Assembly: GCA_040221095.1 (NCBI GenBank)
Contig: JAVJVP010000017.1
Location: 21,708-85,707 of the forward strand
Reading direction: 5' to 3'
Origin: Rhodospirillales bacterium
Lineage (GTDB): Bacteria > Pseudomonadota > Alphaproteobacteria > Rhodospirillales > Casp-alpha2
DNA length: 64,000 bases
Below are positions 18,458 to 30,467 of the stretch, in pieces (position 1 is the stretch's first letter; each line of letters opens with the position of its first letter). The position numbers were made by a program, and so were the translations under genes. The notes beneath the pieces were generated by a model. The model saw only the letters and a program-made list of their open reading frames with translations, ran no database searches and was not told where the DNA came from.

Positions 18458-19393
18458 TCATTCGGGCGGCGGCACGGCGCCGGTTTGTTCGGTGATCAGG
18501 CCGTAATGCTCCGTGCGCCGATGGGCCGCGAAGTTGAAGGTCGAGCCCTTGAGGAACGCGCAGGCGTCGAGGTCGCAGTCGTGGACGATGACCTCGTCGT
18601 CTTCGGTCTCCGCCTCGGCCACCACCTGGCCGTCCGGGTTGATAATGCAGGACCCACCCATGAGGTGATAGCCGGGCGCTTCTTCCCCCGCCTTGGCGAC
18701 GCCGACCACCCAGGTCGCGTTCTGATAGGCTCCGGCCTGCATGGAAAGGCGCGAATGGTGATGGCGCAGTTCCGGGGTGTCCGGGCCGCCGAGGCCGTTC
18801 CAGCTCGGCGTGTTGTAGCCGAGCATCACGAGTTCGACCCCCTGCAGGCCCATGACCCGGTAGGTCTCCGGCCAGCGCCGGTCGTTGCAGATGCACATGC
18901 CCATGACCCCGCCCATGGTGCGCCATACGGGAAAGCCCAGGTTGCCCGGCTCGAAATAGCGCTTTTCCAGATGCTGGAAGCGCCGCTCGGGCTCCAGCTC
19001 CACATGGCCCGGCAGGTGGACCTTGCGGTACTTACCGGCGATCTTGCCGTCCTTGTCGACCAGGATCTGGGTGTTGAAGTGGTGGCCGTCCGGCGTCAGT
19101 TCGGCATAGCCCAGGGAGAATCCGATCTTGTTGTCGGCGGCGTAGTCGAACAGGGGGCGGGTGGCGTCGTTCGGCATCTCGCGCTCGAACCAGGGGTCCA
19201 TCTCGGCGCGGTCTTCCGCGTAGAAGCGGGGGAAAAAGGTGGTCAGCGCCGTTTCCGTGTAGACGACGACATCGGCGCCCTTGGATTTCGCCTGCTTCAT
19301 CATGTCGAGAAGGCGGGCGACGATGACCTGCCGGCTGTCGGATTCCAGGTTGGGGCCCTGCTGGGCGGCGGCGACGCGAATGATGCGGGTCAT
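18458..19393 (-). CDS. N-carbamoyl-D-amino-acid hydrolase (nitrilase superfamily)
   Basis: Near-colinear with the Agrobacterium DCase as I recall it: GKYRKVHLPGH...FQHLEKRYFEPGNLGFPV...MCICNDRRWPE...LSMQAGAYQN. Confidence 0.88.
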   Translation of the reverse strand: MTRIIRVAAAQQGPNLESDSRQVIVARLLDMMKQAKSKGADVVVYTETALTTFFPRFYAEDRAEMDPWFEREMPNDATRPLFDYAADNKIGFSLGYAELTPDGHHFNTQILVDKDGKIAGKYRKVHLPGHVELEPERRFQHLEKRYFEPGNLGFPVWRTMGGVMGMCICNDRRWPETYRVMGLQGVELVMLGYNTPSWNGLGGPDTPELRHHHSRLSMQAGAYQNATWVVGVAKAGEEAPGYHLMGGSCIINPDGQVVAEAETEDDEVIVHDCDLDACAFLKGSTFNFAAHRRTEHYGLITEQTGAVPPPE

Positions 19394-19482
19394 GGAGTGG
19401 AGGTTCCGTTTCTTCTGTGGCACAAGGGGGGGTAAGAGTACGGGAGCCCAAGCCCGGACGACAAGCACGCAGGAACACGAGA

Positions 19483-19719
19483 ATGACCATGGCGCCGCAG
19501 GACATCGACGATGACACCCGGGCCCGCCGCCGCCTGAAGGGCTTTGCCCTGCACTTGATGGCCTATTTCGTCGTCATCCTGGTCTGTGCGGCCCTGAATC
19601 ACCTGAAGAGCCCGGACCAGCTGTGGTTCATCTATCCCATGGTCGCCTGGGGCGCGCCGCTGGCGCTGCACGCGGCCTGGGTCATGGGGCTGTTCGACGG
19701 CCTGACGCGGCGGAAATAG
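19483..19719 (+). CDS. 2TM-domain small membrane protein
   Basis: RRRLKGFALHLMAYFVVILVCAALN plus a second TM WFIYPMVAWGAPLALHA. 78 aa. Confidence 0.6.
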   Translation: MTMAPQDIDDDTRARRRLKGFALHLMAYFVVILVCAALNHLKSPDQLWFIYPMVAWGAPLALHAAWVMGLFDGLTRRK

Positions 19720-19752
19720 CGGGGCCGAAACGCGAACAGGTCCGGAACGGCC

Positions 19753-19770
19753 GATTCTACTAGTAGAATC
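19753..19770. promoter_or_regulatory. Perfect 18-bp palindrome gattctactagtagaatc upstream of pccA
   Basis: Self-complementary over all 18 nt, checked base by base. Both ends are GANTC (CcrM-type) sites. About 140 nt upstream of the pccA ATG, with no T-run after it. Confidence 0.4.
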
Positions 19771-19911
19771 AACGCGGGCTCCCGAATTTTGCGCTGCAAT
19801 AACCCGTGATTTCGGCTACACCAGTGGCCGGGGTTGGAGTGGCCGTTTCAGGCCAGAAGGACGAACCGTCAAGGGTTCACACAAGGGAATAACAACCAAG
19901 GCCGGCCAATA

Positions 19912-21897
<1,986 letters not shown>

Positions 21898-21923
21898 CCG
21901 TCCCGCGGGGGTGACGCGCCGCC

Positions 21924-22211
21924 ATGTCTGACGCCGTCGAAACCGTTCATGTCGTCATTTCCGGCCGGGTCCAGGGCGTGTGGTTCCGCGGCTGGACCTG
22001 CGAGCAGGCAAGAGCACTCGCTCTGACCGGCTGGGTCCGTAATCGCCGCGACGGCTCGGTCGAGGCCGTGTTTTCAGGCAGCCCCGATGCCGTCCACCGG
22101 ATGATCGAACACTGCCGTCAAGGCCCGCCGGCGGCGCGGGTCGACAATATCACCCGCACGCCGGCAGCCGACCCCGGCACGGCCGGGTTCGACGCCCTGC
22201 CGACGGTCTAG
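21924..22211 (+). CDS. acyP: Acylphosphatase
   Basis: [15 protein letters not shown] and [15 protein letters not shown] signatures. 95 aa. Confidence 0.9.
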   Translation: MSDAVETVHVVISGRVQGVWFRGWTCEQARALALTGWVRNRRDGSVEAVFSGSPDAVHRMIEHCRQGPPAARVDNITRTPAADPGTAGFDALPTV

Positions 22212-24232
22212 GCCGCCCGCACGCCCTCCAGGAACTTCTCGACCTGCTGCTTCAGGTGATCGGCCTGGGTGTTCAGGGAGCTGGCGACGCTGGTGACCTG
22301 GGTCGCGGCCGTGCCCGTTTCACCCGCCGAATGGGTCACCTCGATGATGTTGGAGGTGACCTCCTGGGTGCCGGTCGAGGCCTGTTCCACGTTGCGGGCG
22401 ATCTCGCTGGTCGCCGCCCCCTGTTCTTCGACGGCGGAGGCGATGGTGCTGGAGATTTCGCTCATCTCGCTGATGGTCGCGGTGATCGATTGGATCGCCC
22501 GCACCGCGTCCTGGGTTTCCGCCTGAATATCGGCGATCTGCTGGCTGATCTCGTCGGTCGCCTTGGCCGTCTGGTTGGCCAGGTTCTTGACCTCCGAGGC
22601 GACCACGGCGAAGCCCTTGCCGGCATCGCCCGCGCGGGCCGCCTCGATTGTGGCGTTGAGCGCCAGCAGGTTGGTCTGCTCGGCGATGTCGGTGATCAGG
22701 TTGACGACCTCGCCGATACGGTGGGCGGCACGGGCCAGGCCTTGGATCTGCGCGTCCGTGTGATTGGCCTCGTTGACGGCGCGTTCGGCTACATTGGACG
22801 ACTGGGCGACCTGGCGGGAAATTTCCTGGATCGAACTGGACAGCTCCTCCGTCGCCGTGGCGACGGTCTGCACGTTGGCCGATGCCTGTTCGGCGGCGCC
22901 TGCGACCGCAGCCGCCCGCTCGTTGGTGCCGTCAGCGATCTTTGACATGGTCGACGCCGTGGACGTCATTTCGGTCGCCGATTTGGTCAGGGATTGCAGC
23001 AGCGCCGAGACATCGGAATCGAACGAGCCGGTCAAGGCCTCGATCTGGCGGCCCCGTTCCTCGCGCCGCTTCTGGGCTTCCCGCTCGCGGGCGGCAAGGT
23101 CGTCGGCCTGGATCATGCTTTCCTTGAACACCAGAACGGCCCGGGCCATGTCGCCGACCTCGTCGCCGTTGTCCTGGCTGGGGATATCGACGGTCTTGTC
23201 GCCGCCGGCCAGGGACGTCATGGCCGCCGTCAGGGCGGTCACGGGCCGGGCGATGCCGTTGCCGATCAACAGGGCCGCCAGCACGCCCAACAGGACGCTG
23301 ACCCCGGCAACCACCAGGGTCACCATCATCGCCATCTTCATGGCCTTACTGGTGGCCGGCCCCAGGGCCTCCTGGACGGTCTTCAGGTCGTTTCGGAGAT
23401 CGTTCATCAGGGCTGCGATGTTGGGGCCGACGAAACCGATGGTGCCGAGCACGACCTCGTCGCGCTGGGCCATGACCTCGCTTACTTCCGTGATGGCGGC
23501 TTCGTACTGTTCCAGCATGGCGGTGACCTCAGTGGCGGTAGCCTTGCGTTGCTCGTCGAACAGCTCGTTCTGCAGATCGGCAATGTTGTCCTTCATCTCG
23601 GTGGCGGATTCCATGGCCTTGTCGAAGTCGTCGAGCTGGTTGGCCGTCACGAACTTGTTCGCGTAAAGGCGCATCAGCAGCAAGGTGCGCTGGGTCTTCG
23701 CCGCGAGATAGGCGGCGGACACGTCCGTCTCGTCATAGGACTTCTTCATGAGGGCGGTAAGCTTGCCCTCCATGTCCGGGCCGATGATGTCCATCCGGTT
23801 CTGGGCGATGGAATTCCGCTTTGTCTGCAGGGACGTGACCTGGTCGAACGCGGACCGGTAGGTGCCCAGGTTCTCGATGGCGTTGGTGATGGTCTTCTTG
23901 CGTTTGGGGTCGGTGATCTGAGCGTCCAGGGCCTCGATCAGTTTCATGGTCTCTGAAATGCGTTCCTCGAATTCCGCGATGGCGTCTTCCGAAGATTGGG
24001 ACAGGTAGTCGCCGACCGCCAACTGGGCCTTCTGCAGAGTCGCCTGGACCAAGGCGGCCCGGTTCGACAGGGCGGCCTGTTCACGGTACTGGGTGAAGTT
24101 GCCTTCGCCGTTTTTCAGGCTGATGCCGCCGGTTGCGCTGATGACCAGTAACAGGGCCAGGACGATCCCGAAGCCCAAGAAGATCTTGGTCAGAATCTTG
24201 GTGTTGTTCATGAACGACAGAGACAAAGACAT
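22208..24232 (-). CDS. Methyl-accepting chemotaxis protein
   Basis: N-terminal TM, periplasmic helical sensor, HAMP, and the conserved signalling hairpin [35 protein letters not shown]. Confidence 0.9.
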   Translation of the reverse strand: MSLSLSFMNNTKILTKIFLGFGIVLALLLVISATGGISLKNGEGNFTQYREQAALSNRAALVQATLQKAQLAVGDYLSQSSEDAIAEFEERISETMKLIEALDAQITDPKRKKTITNAIENLGTYRSAFDQVTSLQTKRNSIAQNRMDIIGPDMEGKLTALMKKSYDETDVSAAYLAAKTQRTLLLMRLYANKFVTANQLDDFDKAMESATEMKDNIADLQNELFDEQRKATATEVTAMLEQYEAAITEVSEVMAQRDEVVLGTIGFVGPNIAALMNDLRNDLKTVQEALGPATSKAMKMAMMVTLVVAGVSVLLGVLAALLIGNGIARPVTALTAAMTSLAGGDKTVDIPSQDNGDEVGDMARAVLVFKESMIQADDLAAREREAQKRREERGRQIEALTGSFDSDVSALLQSLTKSATEMTSTASTMSKIADGTNERAAAVAGAAEQASANVQTVATATEELSSSIQEISRQVAQSSNVAERAVNEANHTDAQIQGLARAAHRIGEVVNLITDIAEQTNLLALNATIEAARAGDAGKGFAVVASEVKNLANQTAKATDEISQQIADIQAETQDAVRAIQSITATISEMSEISSTIASAVEEQGAATSEIARNVEQASTGTQEVTSNIIEVTHSAGETGTAATQVTSVASSLNTQADHLKQQVEKFLEGVRAA

Positions 24233-24508
24233 GGTGCAGACATTCCTCCAAACACGGTGCCGTGCGGACCCCCGGTCCGCGGCAATCGACGGCAATACAC
24301 CGTTTATTTAAAAGGAAAAATCTGGCCGTTGGTCATACTTTAAAAATTAGACCAAACGCATAAAATAAAATTGTCAAATTAAACAGATAGTTATAAAAGT
24401 TATCTAATCTAAAATATCATAAAATTGTATACGAAAAACCGCGATTTGCTGTCAGGTTTTTGTCATTTTCGCTGTTGGTGCTGGTGTTTCCGCGGCGGTG
24501 ACGGGCGG

Positions 24509-25021
24509 TCAATCCGCGAAATCGAGAATGTCGCGCACCTTGTCGATTCCGCCGCGGGCGCATTCCGCGTCGATGTCGCCGCCCGGCGCGCCGGACACGC
24601 CGACAGCACCCACGAGGGAGCCGGCGACGCGAATCTGCACCCCGCCGTCCATCACGATGATGCCCCGCATCTGGTTCAGTTCGGGGCGGATGTCGTCACG
24701 GTTCTTGCGCATGTCGCCGGAATCGACGCCGGACATGACGACCAGCCCGGCCTTGCGTTCGGCGATTTCCAGGGTGTGGCGGCTGGCCAGGGTGTCGCGT
24801 TGCGCGGCGATCATGTTGCCCGCCCGGTCCAGCACCACGGCGGAAGCCTGATATCCCTTGTCGCGGCAGGTGTGCACGGCGCCCTGGGCGATCTTGGCGG
24901 CCAGATCCGACGACATGATGCGGACCTTGATGATTTCGCCGTCGGCCTGGGCCGGCGGGGCGAGAAGGGCGGGGCCGGCCATCACGGCGGCGGCAAGGGC
25001 GGCGCGCAGGGGTGTCATCAT
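24509..25021 (-). CDS. GlcG/HbpS-like heme-binding protein with signal peptide
   Basis: Signal LAAAVMAGPALLAPPAQA. Family motif AGSLVGAVGVSGAPGGDIDAECA. Confidence 0.8.
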   Translation of the reverse strand: MMTPLRAALAAAVMAGPALLAPPAQADGEIIKVRIMSSDLAAKIAQGAVHTCRDKGYQASAVVLDRAGNMIAAQRDTLASRHTLEIAERKAGLVVMSGVDSGDMRKNRDDIRPELNQMRGIIVMDGGVQIRVAGSLVGAVGVSGAPGGDIDAECARGGIDKVRDILDFAD

Positions 25022-25152
25022 GGTATCCTCCCAAAAGATGCGCGGGCAGGGACATCCGCGCGAAATCTCATATTCGACTTTTTGTAACTGTTATCGCATA
25101 GTTGAGCAATCCCCAACCGGGCCACCCCCTGCACTGACGACAGGATACCACG

Positions 25153-26118
25153 ATGAAACGCCTTATTTCCCTGCTGCTGTCCGTGACCGCGGCATTTGCC
25201 ATGTCTGCCGCCGATGCGCGGGCCAGCGAGGCCATCGCCGATCAGTACCCGGCGTCGGCGCTTTACGCCAAGCCGGTCGAGGTGATCCCCCATGTCTGGT
25301 CGGCGATCGGCGCCACGGCGCCGCCGACCTATGACAACTGGGGCCACAACAACAACCTCAGCTTCATCGTCACCGGCGACGGCGTGATCGTGATCAACGG
25401 CGGCGGCGCCTATCTGCTGGCCAAGGCCCTGCATGAGGAGATCAGGCGCATCACGCCGCAGCCGGTAAAGCTGGTCATCAACGAGAATGGCCAGGGTCAT
25501 GCCATGCTGGGCAATTCATACTGGGCCGAACAGAAGGTTCCGATCCTGGCCCATGTGGACGCGGCCAAGGAATTCGCGGCCCGGGGGGCGCAGATCCTGC
25601 CCTCGGCCCAGCGCGTTTTGCAGGAGCGGGCCGAGGGCACGCGGATCGTCGGCCCCACGGAGACCTTTACCGACAGGCGCGAAATCAAGATGGGCGGCTT
25701 CCGCATCGAGGTTCTGCACCTGGGCCCGGCCCACAGCCCCGGCGACACCCAGGTCTGGCTGCCGGAACAGTCCCTGGTCATCGCCGGCGACATGGCCTTT
25801 CACGAACGCATGCCGCCGCTCTTCGATGACACGGATTCCAAGGGCTGGATCGCAACCTGGGACGGCCCGTTCGAGGGGCTGAAGGCGACCTACGTCATCC
25901 CCGGCCACGGTCATCCCACCAACATGGCCCAGGTGCGGCGCTATACCCGTGACTATCTGGTCTATCTGCGCGGCAAGATCAGGGAACACCTGGAGGGCGG
26001 CGGTGACCTGAAGGGGGCCTATTACGTGGACCAGTCGCCCTATGCCCACTTGGACACCTTCAAGCAGCTGGCGACCCGCAATGCGGGGCGCGTGTTCGTG
26101 CAGATGGAATTCGAATAG
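25153..26118 (+). CDS. Secreted MBL-fold metallo-hydrolase
   Basis: Signal MKRLISLLLSVTAAFAMSAADA. LGPAHSPGDT and IPGHGHP metal-ligand-type motifs. Confidence 0.8.
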   Translation: MKRLISLLLSVTAAFAMSAADARASEAIADQYPASALYAKPVEVIPHVWSAIGATAPPTYDNWGHNNNLSFIVTGDGVIVINGGGAYLLAKALHEEIRRITPQPVKLVINENGQGHAMLGNSYWAEQKVPILAHVDAAKEFAARGAQILPSAQRVLQERAEGTRIVGPTETFTDRREIKMGGFRIEVLHLGPAHSPGDTQVWLPEQSLVIAGDMAFHERMPPLFDDTDSKGWIATWDGPFEGLKATYVIPGHGHPTNMAQVRRYTRDYLVYLRGKIREHLEGGGDLKGAYYVDQSPYAHLDTFKQLATRNAGRVFVQMEFE

Positions 26119-26125
26119 ACGGCGT

Positions 26126-26524
26126 TCAGGGCCCGAAGCTGGACCGTGCCTGGATGCCCCAGCGGCCGTCCAGGCGGGTCAGGATGTACAGGGAATCGTA
26201 GACGCCGATGACGCTGCCGTCGGCGCGGAAGCGGGTATAGACCAGCCGCCAATGGGCCTTGTCGGCGTTGAACTGGATCAGCTCGCGTTCGTTCCATTCG
26301 CTGTGATGCCAGTTGTCCTGGGCCTTCAGGCGGTCGAACAGGTCCATGGGATTGGCGTCGGGGCCGTCGTAGATGGTGACCTTGCCCTCGGCCAGGCGCG
26401 GATGGGGAAAGTGCATCAAGGCGGCCATGGCCTGGGCGTCGTAGGCGTTGAGCGCCGCCATGTGGCGGTCGAGAAGGTCCAGTCCGGCCGCCTCGACGGC
26501 GGCTCTGTCGGGGGTGTCTTGCAT
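26126..26524 (-). CDS. NTF2/SnoaL-like fold protein, hypothetical
   Basis: 132 aa. The LLDRHMAALNAYDAQAMAALMHFP pattern is typical of SnoaL-like domains. Assignment is tentative. Confidence 0.5.
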   Translation of the reverse strand: MQDTPDRAAVEAAGLDLLDRHMAALNAYDAQAMAALMHFPHPRLAEGKVTIYDGPDANPMDLFDRLKAQDNWHHSEWNERELIQFNADKAHWRLVYTRFRADGSVIGVYDSLYILTRLDGRWGIQARSSFGP

Positions 26525-26534
26525 ATGCCGTTCC

Positions 26535-27196
26535 TTAGCCTTGGGGATTGCCGAACACGTCGCCGAAGGTCTGGCGCAGGATCACGTCGATCTCGGGCGT
26601 CGATGCGGTGATGCCGAGATCGACCAGGGACGTCACGCCGTGTTCCGCGATCCCGCAGGGGACGATGCCGTCGAAATGGGACAGGTCCGGCTCGATGTTG
26701 AGCGACACCCCGTGGAAGGTCACCCATTTGCGCAGGCGCACGCCGATGGCGGCGATCTTGTCCTCACGGTACAGCTTCGATCCCGGCGCGCCCCGGGCGA
26801 CCCAGATGCCGACCCGTCCGTCGCGCCGCTCACCCATCACGTTGACGCGGGCGAGGGTCTGGATGATCCAGTTCTCCAGGTCGCAGACGAAGGCGCGCAC
26901 GTCCTCGCCGCGCCGCTTCAGGTCGAGCATGACATAGCCGACCCGCTGCCCGGGCCCGTGATAGGTATAGCGACCGCCGCGCCCGGTCTTGTGGACGGGG
27001 AAGCGGCCCGGGTCCGTCAGCTCCGCCGGATCGGCGCTGGTTCCGGCGGTGTAGAGCGGCGGATGTTCCAGCAGCCAGACCATTTCCGGCGCATTGCCGG
27101 CGCGGATCGCGGCCACGCGGTCCTCCATCACGGCCACGGCCTCCTCATAGGGCACGGGGGCATCCGATATCCGCCATTCGACGCCTGGGTCTGTCA
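26535..27196 (-). CDS. lipB: Octanoyltransferase (lipoyl(octanoyl) transferase)
   Basis: [21 protein letters not shown] and [17 protein letters not shown]. The longer track ORF runs through the tRNA, so the internal ATG at 27196 was chosen. Confidence 0.9.
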
Positions 27197-27307
27197 TCAA
27201 TTTCCTATTTGCTGTGCCGCGGTCGCGCTTCCGCTTGATATGGGGGCGCCGATTTGCTATCTGCCGCCATGTATTTCGCAGGTGACGTGCCTGCGGCAAG
27301 GAAAAAT

Positions 27308-27394
27308 GCGGTCGTGGCGGAATTGGTAGACGCGCAGCGTTGAGGTCGCTGTGGGAGAGATCCCGTGGAAGTTCGAGTCTTCTCGACCGCACCA
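27308..27394 (+). tRNA. tRNA-Leu (anticodon GAG)
   Basis: Acceptor gcggtcg/cgaccgc, D-arm gcgg-aattggtaga-cgc, anticodon stem cagcg/cgctg with loop ttGAGgt. Long variable arm, T-loop gttcgagtc, encoded CCA. Confidence 0.9.
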
Positions 27395-27411
27395 AACCTT
27401 GAATAGGCATG

Positions 27412-27441
27412 AAAAAACCCGGGCTCTGGCCCGGGTTTTTT
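27412..27441 (+). terminator. Rho-independent terminator after tRNA-Leu
   Basis: aaaaaa-cccgggc-tctg-gcccggg-tttttt, a perfect 7-bp stem flanked by A and T runs. Confidence 0.7.
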
Positions 27442-27562
27442 GCTTTTCCGGGCGAAATTGTAACCTATCCGGGGTATTGTCGGTTTCGCGCGGGTCCTGT
27501 GCGGACGGCCCGCACTCACGCCATCATCGGCTGCCTTGAACCTTGGATCGGAGACCCGCGCC

Positions 27563-28978
27563 ATGAGCGAGCGCCCGGACGACACGCTTGAGATGGAGCC
27601 CGCCGCCAAGCCCGAGGAAGACCTTGAGTCCGGCCACGACGAGGTCGACGCGGCGGTCATCACGGCGCTGGACACGGGCGATACCGCGGGCCTGAAGGAA
27701 CTGGTCGACGGTCTGCATTACGCCGACGTCGCCGACATCGTCGAACGCCTGAGCGCCGACCGCCGCGAACAGCTGATCACCGAAATCGGCCCCGACATGG
27801 CCCCCGACGTGCTGGCCGAACTGGACGAGGCCGTGCGCGAGGAAATCTTCGAGGCCATGGCCCCGGAGCAGATCGCCGCCCACGTTCAGGAACTGGATTC
27901 CGACGACGCGGTCGAAATCGTTCACCAGATGGAGGCCCCCGAGCAGCAGAAGGTGCTGGACGCCATGCCGGCGCCGGACCGGCGGCTGATCGAGCAGAGC
28001 CTGTCCTACCCGGAGGAATCCGCCGGCCGCCTGATGCAGCGGGAAATCGTCACGGTGCCGACCCATTGGACCGTGGGCCAGACCATCGATTTCATGCGCC
28101 AGGCGGCGGAAGGCGACGACGACATCCTGCCGGACTCGTTCTATGACATCTTCGTCGTCGATCCGACGCACAAGCCCGTCGGCGCCATTCACCTGAGCCA
28201 CCTGCTGCGCGCCAAGCGGCCGGTCAAGGTCTCGGCCATCATGCAGACGGAGCTCAAGCTGATCCCCGTCACCATGGACCAGGAAGACGTCGCCTTCCTG
28301 TTCCGTCAGCGCGATTTGGTGTCCGCCCCCGTGGTCGACGAGGCGCAGCGCCTGGTCGGCGCCATCACCATCGACGACGTCGTCGACGTCATCCACGAGG
28401 AACACGAGGAAGACATGCTGGCCCTGGCCGGTGTCGGCGAGGACGACCTGTACGACGCCGCCATCGACACCACCAAGGCGCGATTCCGCTGGTTGCTGGT
28501 CAACCTGTTCACGGCGATCCTGGCGTCCCTGGTGATCGGACTGTTCGAGGCGACGCTGCAGCAGATCGTGGCCTTGGCCATTCTCATGCCCATCGTCGCC
28601 TCCATGGGCGGCAACGCGGGCACGCAGACCCTGACCGTGGCCGTGCGCGCCATGGCCATGCGCGAATTGACCGCGACCAACGCCTATCGTGTGATCGGTA
28701 AGGAAGTGCTGGTCGGCGCCATCAACGGCGTGCTGTTCGCCGTCATCACGGGCGCCATTGCCTGGTTCTGGTTCGGAGAGCCGCAGATCGGCCTGATCAT
28801 CGGCATGGCCATGATCATCAACATGGTGGTCGCGGGTCTGGCCGGGGCGGCGATCCCGCTGATCCTCGACCGTTTCGGCATCGATCCGGCCATTGCGTCG
28901 TCGGTGTTCCTGACCACGGTGACCGACGTGATCGGCTTCTTCGCCTTTCTGGGGCTGGCGGCGGTGTTCCTGCTCTAG
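27563..28978 (+). CDS. mgtE: Magnesium transporter MgtE
   Basis: MgtE_N acidic domain, CBS pair, and TM domain with MGGNAGTQTLTV. The alternative TTG start at 27536 is listed in the track. Confidence 0.9.
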   Translation: MSERPDDTLEMEPAAKPEEDLESGHDEVDAAVITALDTGDTAGLKELVDGLHYADVADIVERLSADRREQLITEIGPDMAPDVLAELDEAVREEIFEAMAPEQIAAHVQELDSDDAVEIVHQMEAPEQQKVLDAMPAPDRRLIEQSLSYPEESAGRLMQREIVTVPTHWTVGQTIDFMRQAAEGDDDILPDSFYDIFVVDPTHKPVGAIHLSHLLRAKRPVKVSAIMQTELKLIPVTMDQEDVAFLFRQRDLVSAPVVDEAQRLVGAITIDDVVDVIHEEHEEDMLALAGVGEDDLYDAAIDTTKARFRWLLVNLFTAILASLVIGLFEATLQQIVALAILMPIVASMGGNAGTQTLTVAVRAMAMRELTATNAYRVIGKEVLVGAINGVLFAVITGAIAWFWFGEPQIGLIIGMAMIINMVVAGLAGAAIPLILDRFGIDPAIASSVFLTTVTDVIGFFAFLGLAAVFLL

Positions 28979-29016
28979 CAAGAGGACGGGAAGGGGGGCG
29001 GCGCGTCACGGCGAAC

Positions 29017-29032
29017 TTTACGTTAACGTAAA
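29017..29032. promoter_or_regulatory. Perfect 16-bp palindrome tttacgttaacgtaaa (candidate MerR/LiuR operator)
   Basis: Checked base by base. Ends 21 nt upstream of the MerR-family gene start. Confidence 0.55.
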
Positions 29033-29052
29033 CGTTAGCTACAGTCCCGGCC

Positions 29053-29469
29053 ATGGCATTGGACCAGACACAATCGACCTTCGGCATCGCCGAACTGGCC
29101 CGCGAGTTCGGGATCACCACCCGCGCGATCCGGTTCTATGAGGACAAGGGCCTGTTGACCCCGGCGCGCGACGGTCAGCGGCGGGTGTACGGTTCCCGCG
29201 ATCATGTGCGCCTGCGCCTGATCATGCGCGGCAAGCGGCTAGGCTTCTCGCTCGACGAGATTCGCGAAATGATCGACCTGTACGACGTCGATCCCAGCGA
29301 AGTGTCGCAGCTCAAGCTGTTCATCGGCAAGCTTCAACTGCGGCGCGAACAGCTGCGCATCCAGCAGGAGGACATCACCGAGACCCTGGCCGAACTGGAC
29401 CGCCTGGAAGCCCAGTCGCAGGACCTGCTGTCCCAACGGGCGCCGCCGCGCACCAAGGCCGCCGGCTGA
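29053..29469 (+). CDS. MerR-family transcriptional regulator (LiuR-like)
   Basis: FGIAELAREFGITTRAIRFYEDKGLL HTH, followed by a coiled-coil dimerisation helix. Confidence 0.85.
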   Translation: MALDQTQSTFGIAELAREFGITTRAIRFYEDKGLLTPARDGQRRVYGSRDHVRLRLIMRGKRLGFSLDEIREMIDLYDVDPSEVSQLKLFIGKLQLRREQLRIQQEDITETLAELDRLEAQSQDLLSQRAPPRTKAAG

Positions 29470-29541
29470 TCCCGCATCCGCAGTGACCATGATTGATTTT
29501 AGCAGGCCCCTGTGAGAAGGAAGGGGGCGGAGGATACATCA

Positions 29542-30369
29542 TTGCAAAACACCAAGAATACCCCCCTGCGGGTCGCCATGGGCGGCCTGGGCGCCGTCGG
29601 CCTGCCGGTGGTGGAATGGCTTGATTCCGGCGAAGAACCGGGCCTGCAGTTGGTCGCCGTATCGGCCGGGGACAAGGAACGGGCGGCCGGCCGTCTGGCC
29701 CATCTGAAGACACCGCCCCAGGTGATGGATCTGGCCGATCTGGCCGCCGTTGCCGACGTTGTGGTCGAATGCGCGCCGCCGGAACATTTTCTCGACGTCT
29801 GCGGCCCGGCCGTGGAACAGGGCCGCATCCTGGTGCCGCTCTCGGTCAGTCAGCTTCTCCATCACATGGACCTGGTCGACAGGGCCCGCGAAACCGGCGC
29901 CACCATCGTCGTGCCGACGGGTGCCTTGGTCGGTCTGGACACTGTGCGCGCCGCCGCCGAAGGCAACCTTCAGTCGGTCGTGATGCGCACCCACAAGCCC
30001 CCCGCAGGATTCCAGAAGGCGCGCTGGGTGCAGGAGCAGGGCATCAACCTGATGGGACTGAACGCGCCGAAAAAGCTGTTTGAGGGCTCGGTCCGCGACG
30101 CCGCCGACAAATTCCCCGCCAACGTCAACGTGGCGGTCGCCCTGGGCCTGGCCGGCCTGGGCGTCGACGAAACGCGCTATGAGGTCTGGGCCGATCCGAC
30201 GATCACCCGCAATACCCATTGGATCACCGTCGAATCCGATATCGTGCGGGTCGAAATGAACATCGCGGGCGAGCCGACGGCGGAAAACCCGGCGACCGGC
30301 AAGATCGTGCCGCTCAGCATGATCGCCACCTTGCGCGGACTGGTCAGCCCGCTTCGGGTCGGAACCTAG
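29542..30369 (+). CDS. Aspartate dehydrogenase-domain (DUF108) oxidoreductase
   Basis: LRVAMGGLGAVG Rossmann start and PANVNVAVALGLAG...DPTITRNTHWI. TTG start at 29542 with ggagga 7 nt upstream. The track lists a GTG at 29512. Confidence 0.75.
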   Translation: MQNTKNTPLRVAMGGLGAVGLPVVEWLDSGEEPGLQLVAVSAGDKERAAGRLAHLKTPPQVMDLADLAAVADVVVECAPPEHFLDVCGPAVEQGRILVPLSVSQLLHHMDLVDRARETGATIVVPTGALVGLDTVRAAAEGNLQSVVMRTHKPPAGFQKARWVQEQGINLMGLNAPKKLFEGSVRDAADKFPANVNVAVALGLAGLGVDETRYEVWADPTITRNTHWITVESDIVRVEMNIAGEPTAENPATGKIVPLSMIATLRGLVSPLRVGT

Positions 30370-30467
30370 GCCGTGAATTCATAGTCGCCGATTGGTCTGG
30401 CAGGCGCGCGTTCGATGATGATAATGGAGGGCGCGGTTCCTTGGCGGCGATATGCTGCCGCAACCCA

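Noticed and set aside
27308-27442. tRNA-Leu as an attachment site of a genomic island
   Set aside because: There is no integrase, no phage or IS genes on either side, and no obvious direct repeat of the tRNA 3' end noticed downstream. Flanking genes (lipB, mgtE) are core functions.
27443-27562. Possible Mg2+ (M-box) riboswitch in front of mgtE
   Set aside because: Only about 120 nt lie between the tRNA terminator and the start codon, shorter than an M-box aptamer plus expression platform. I could not recognise the conserved M-box helices. An Rfam scan would settle it.
27524-28981. 485-aa ORF antisense to mgtE
   Set aside because: Shadow ORF with extreme His/Asp/Gly/Arg bias. The MgtE frame carries the GNAGTQ motif and CBS domains.
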